Shown one piece after another: positions 37,294-37,551 of a stretch of 37,551 nucleotides of DNA. A program made the translations under genes and the position numbers. Positions within the stretch are counted from its first letter, which is position 1. Each line of letters opens with the position of its first letter. The notes beneath the pieces are model-generated. The model ran no database searches. It saw only the letters and a program-made list of their open reading frames with translations, and had not been told where the DNA came from. The DNA is from a virus (lineage: Duplodnaviria; Heunggongvirae; Uroviricota; Caudoviricetes), in the IMG/VR virus record IMGVR_UViG_2778261670_000003; one strand, written 5' to 3'.

Positions 37294-37551
37294 TCAGGCG
37301 TCCAGATTTTCTTTCACCCATGCAGCAAAATCGGTATAGCCGCCGATATGTTGCTGATCGACAAAAATCTGCGGCACGGTTTCTACGGGTTTACCTGCCT
37401 TTTGTTGTAGATCTTCTTTAGTGATCCCTTCCGCACGAATATCTACATACTGATACTGAAAATCATCGCGTTCATTGCTCAATTTCTCAGCCAGATCTTT
37501 TGCACGCACACAGTAAGGGCAACCCGAACGACCAAAAATAACGGTTTGCAT
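37294..37551 (-). CDS. grxA: Glutaredoxin 1 (host)
   Basis: 85 aa with CPYC active site; matches E. coli GrxA as recalled. Confidence 0.9.
   Translation of the reverse strand: MQTVIFGRSGCPYCVRAKDLAEKLSNERDDFQYQYVDIRAEGITKEDLQQKAGKPVETVPQIFVDQQHIGGYTDFAAWVKENLDA

Noticed and set aside
1-37551. CRISPR arrays, tRNA or rRNA genes, IS elements
   Set aside because: No regularly spaced direct repeats, no cloverleaf-like tRNA candidate noticed near the att sites, and no transposase-like ORF in any frame.

Overview
The window is almost entirely one complete P2/186-like temperate prophage (about 34.7 kb) in an E. coli-like chromosome, followed on the right by host genes ybjL, ybjM and grxA. The prophage is bounded by a 23-bp imperfect direct repeat (19-41 and 34697-34719), and the left host flank lies outside the window. 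Gene order is the canonical integrated P2 order: int, immunity repressor, cox/apl, cII-like and early genes, Dam methylase, replication endonuclease A, a LexA-box-controlled DinI/Tum-like module, then portal Q, terminase P, scaffold O, capsid N, terminase M, L, X, the lysis cassette (holin, endolysin, lysA, lysB with nested lysC), R, S, baseplate V-W-J-I, tail fibre H and assembly G, sheath FI, tube FII, E/E' with a TTTTTTG slippery site, tape measure T, U, D and ogr. Three things depart from the conserved backbone. (1) A visibly AT-rich two-gene cassette between int and the repressor (1135-2860) encodes an unrecognised 400-aa protein and a small 4-TM membrane protein; this is the best candidate for an undescribed accessory or defence system. 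(2) At the variable locus between gene A and portal Q (where P2 carries tin/old) there is a retron: a structured ncRNA candidate, an NDT-like effector and an Ec86-like reverse transcriptase, with a divergent small acidic protein next to it. (3) Between tail-fibre genes and the sheath gene there is a Gin/Hin/Pin-type invertible tail-fibre segment with its serine invertase. All calls rest on reading the six-frame translations and the DNA by eye; no searches were run, and family assignments are from remembered motifs and synteny.
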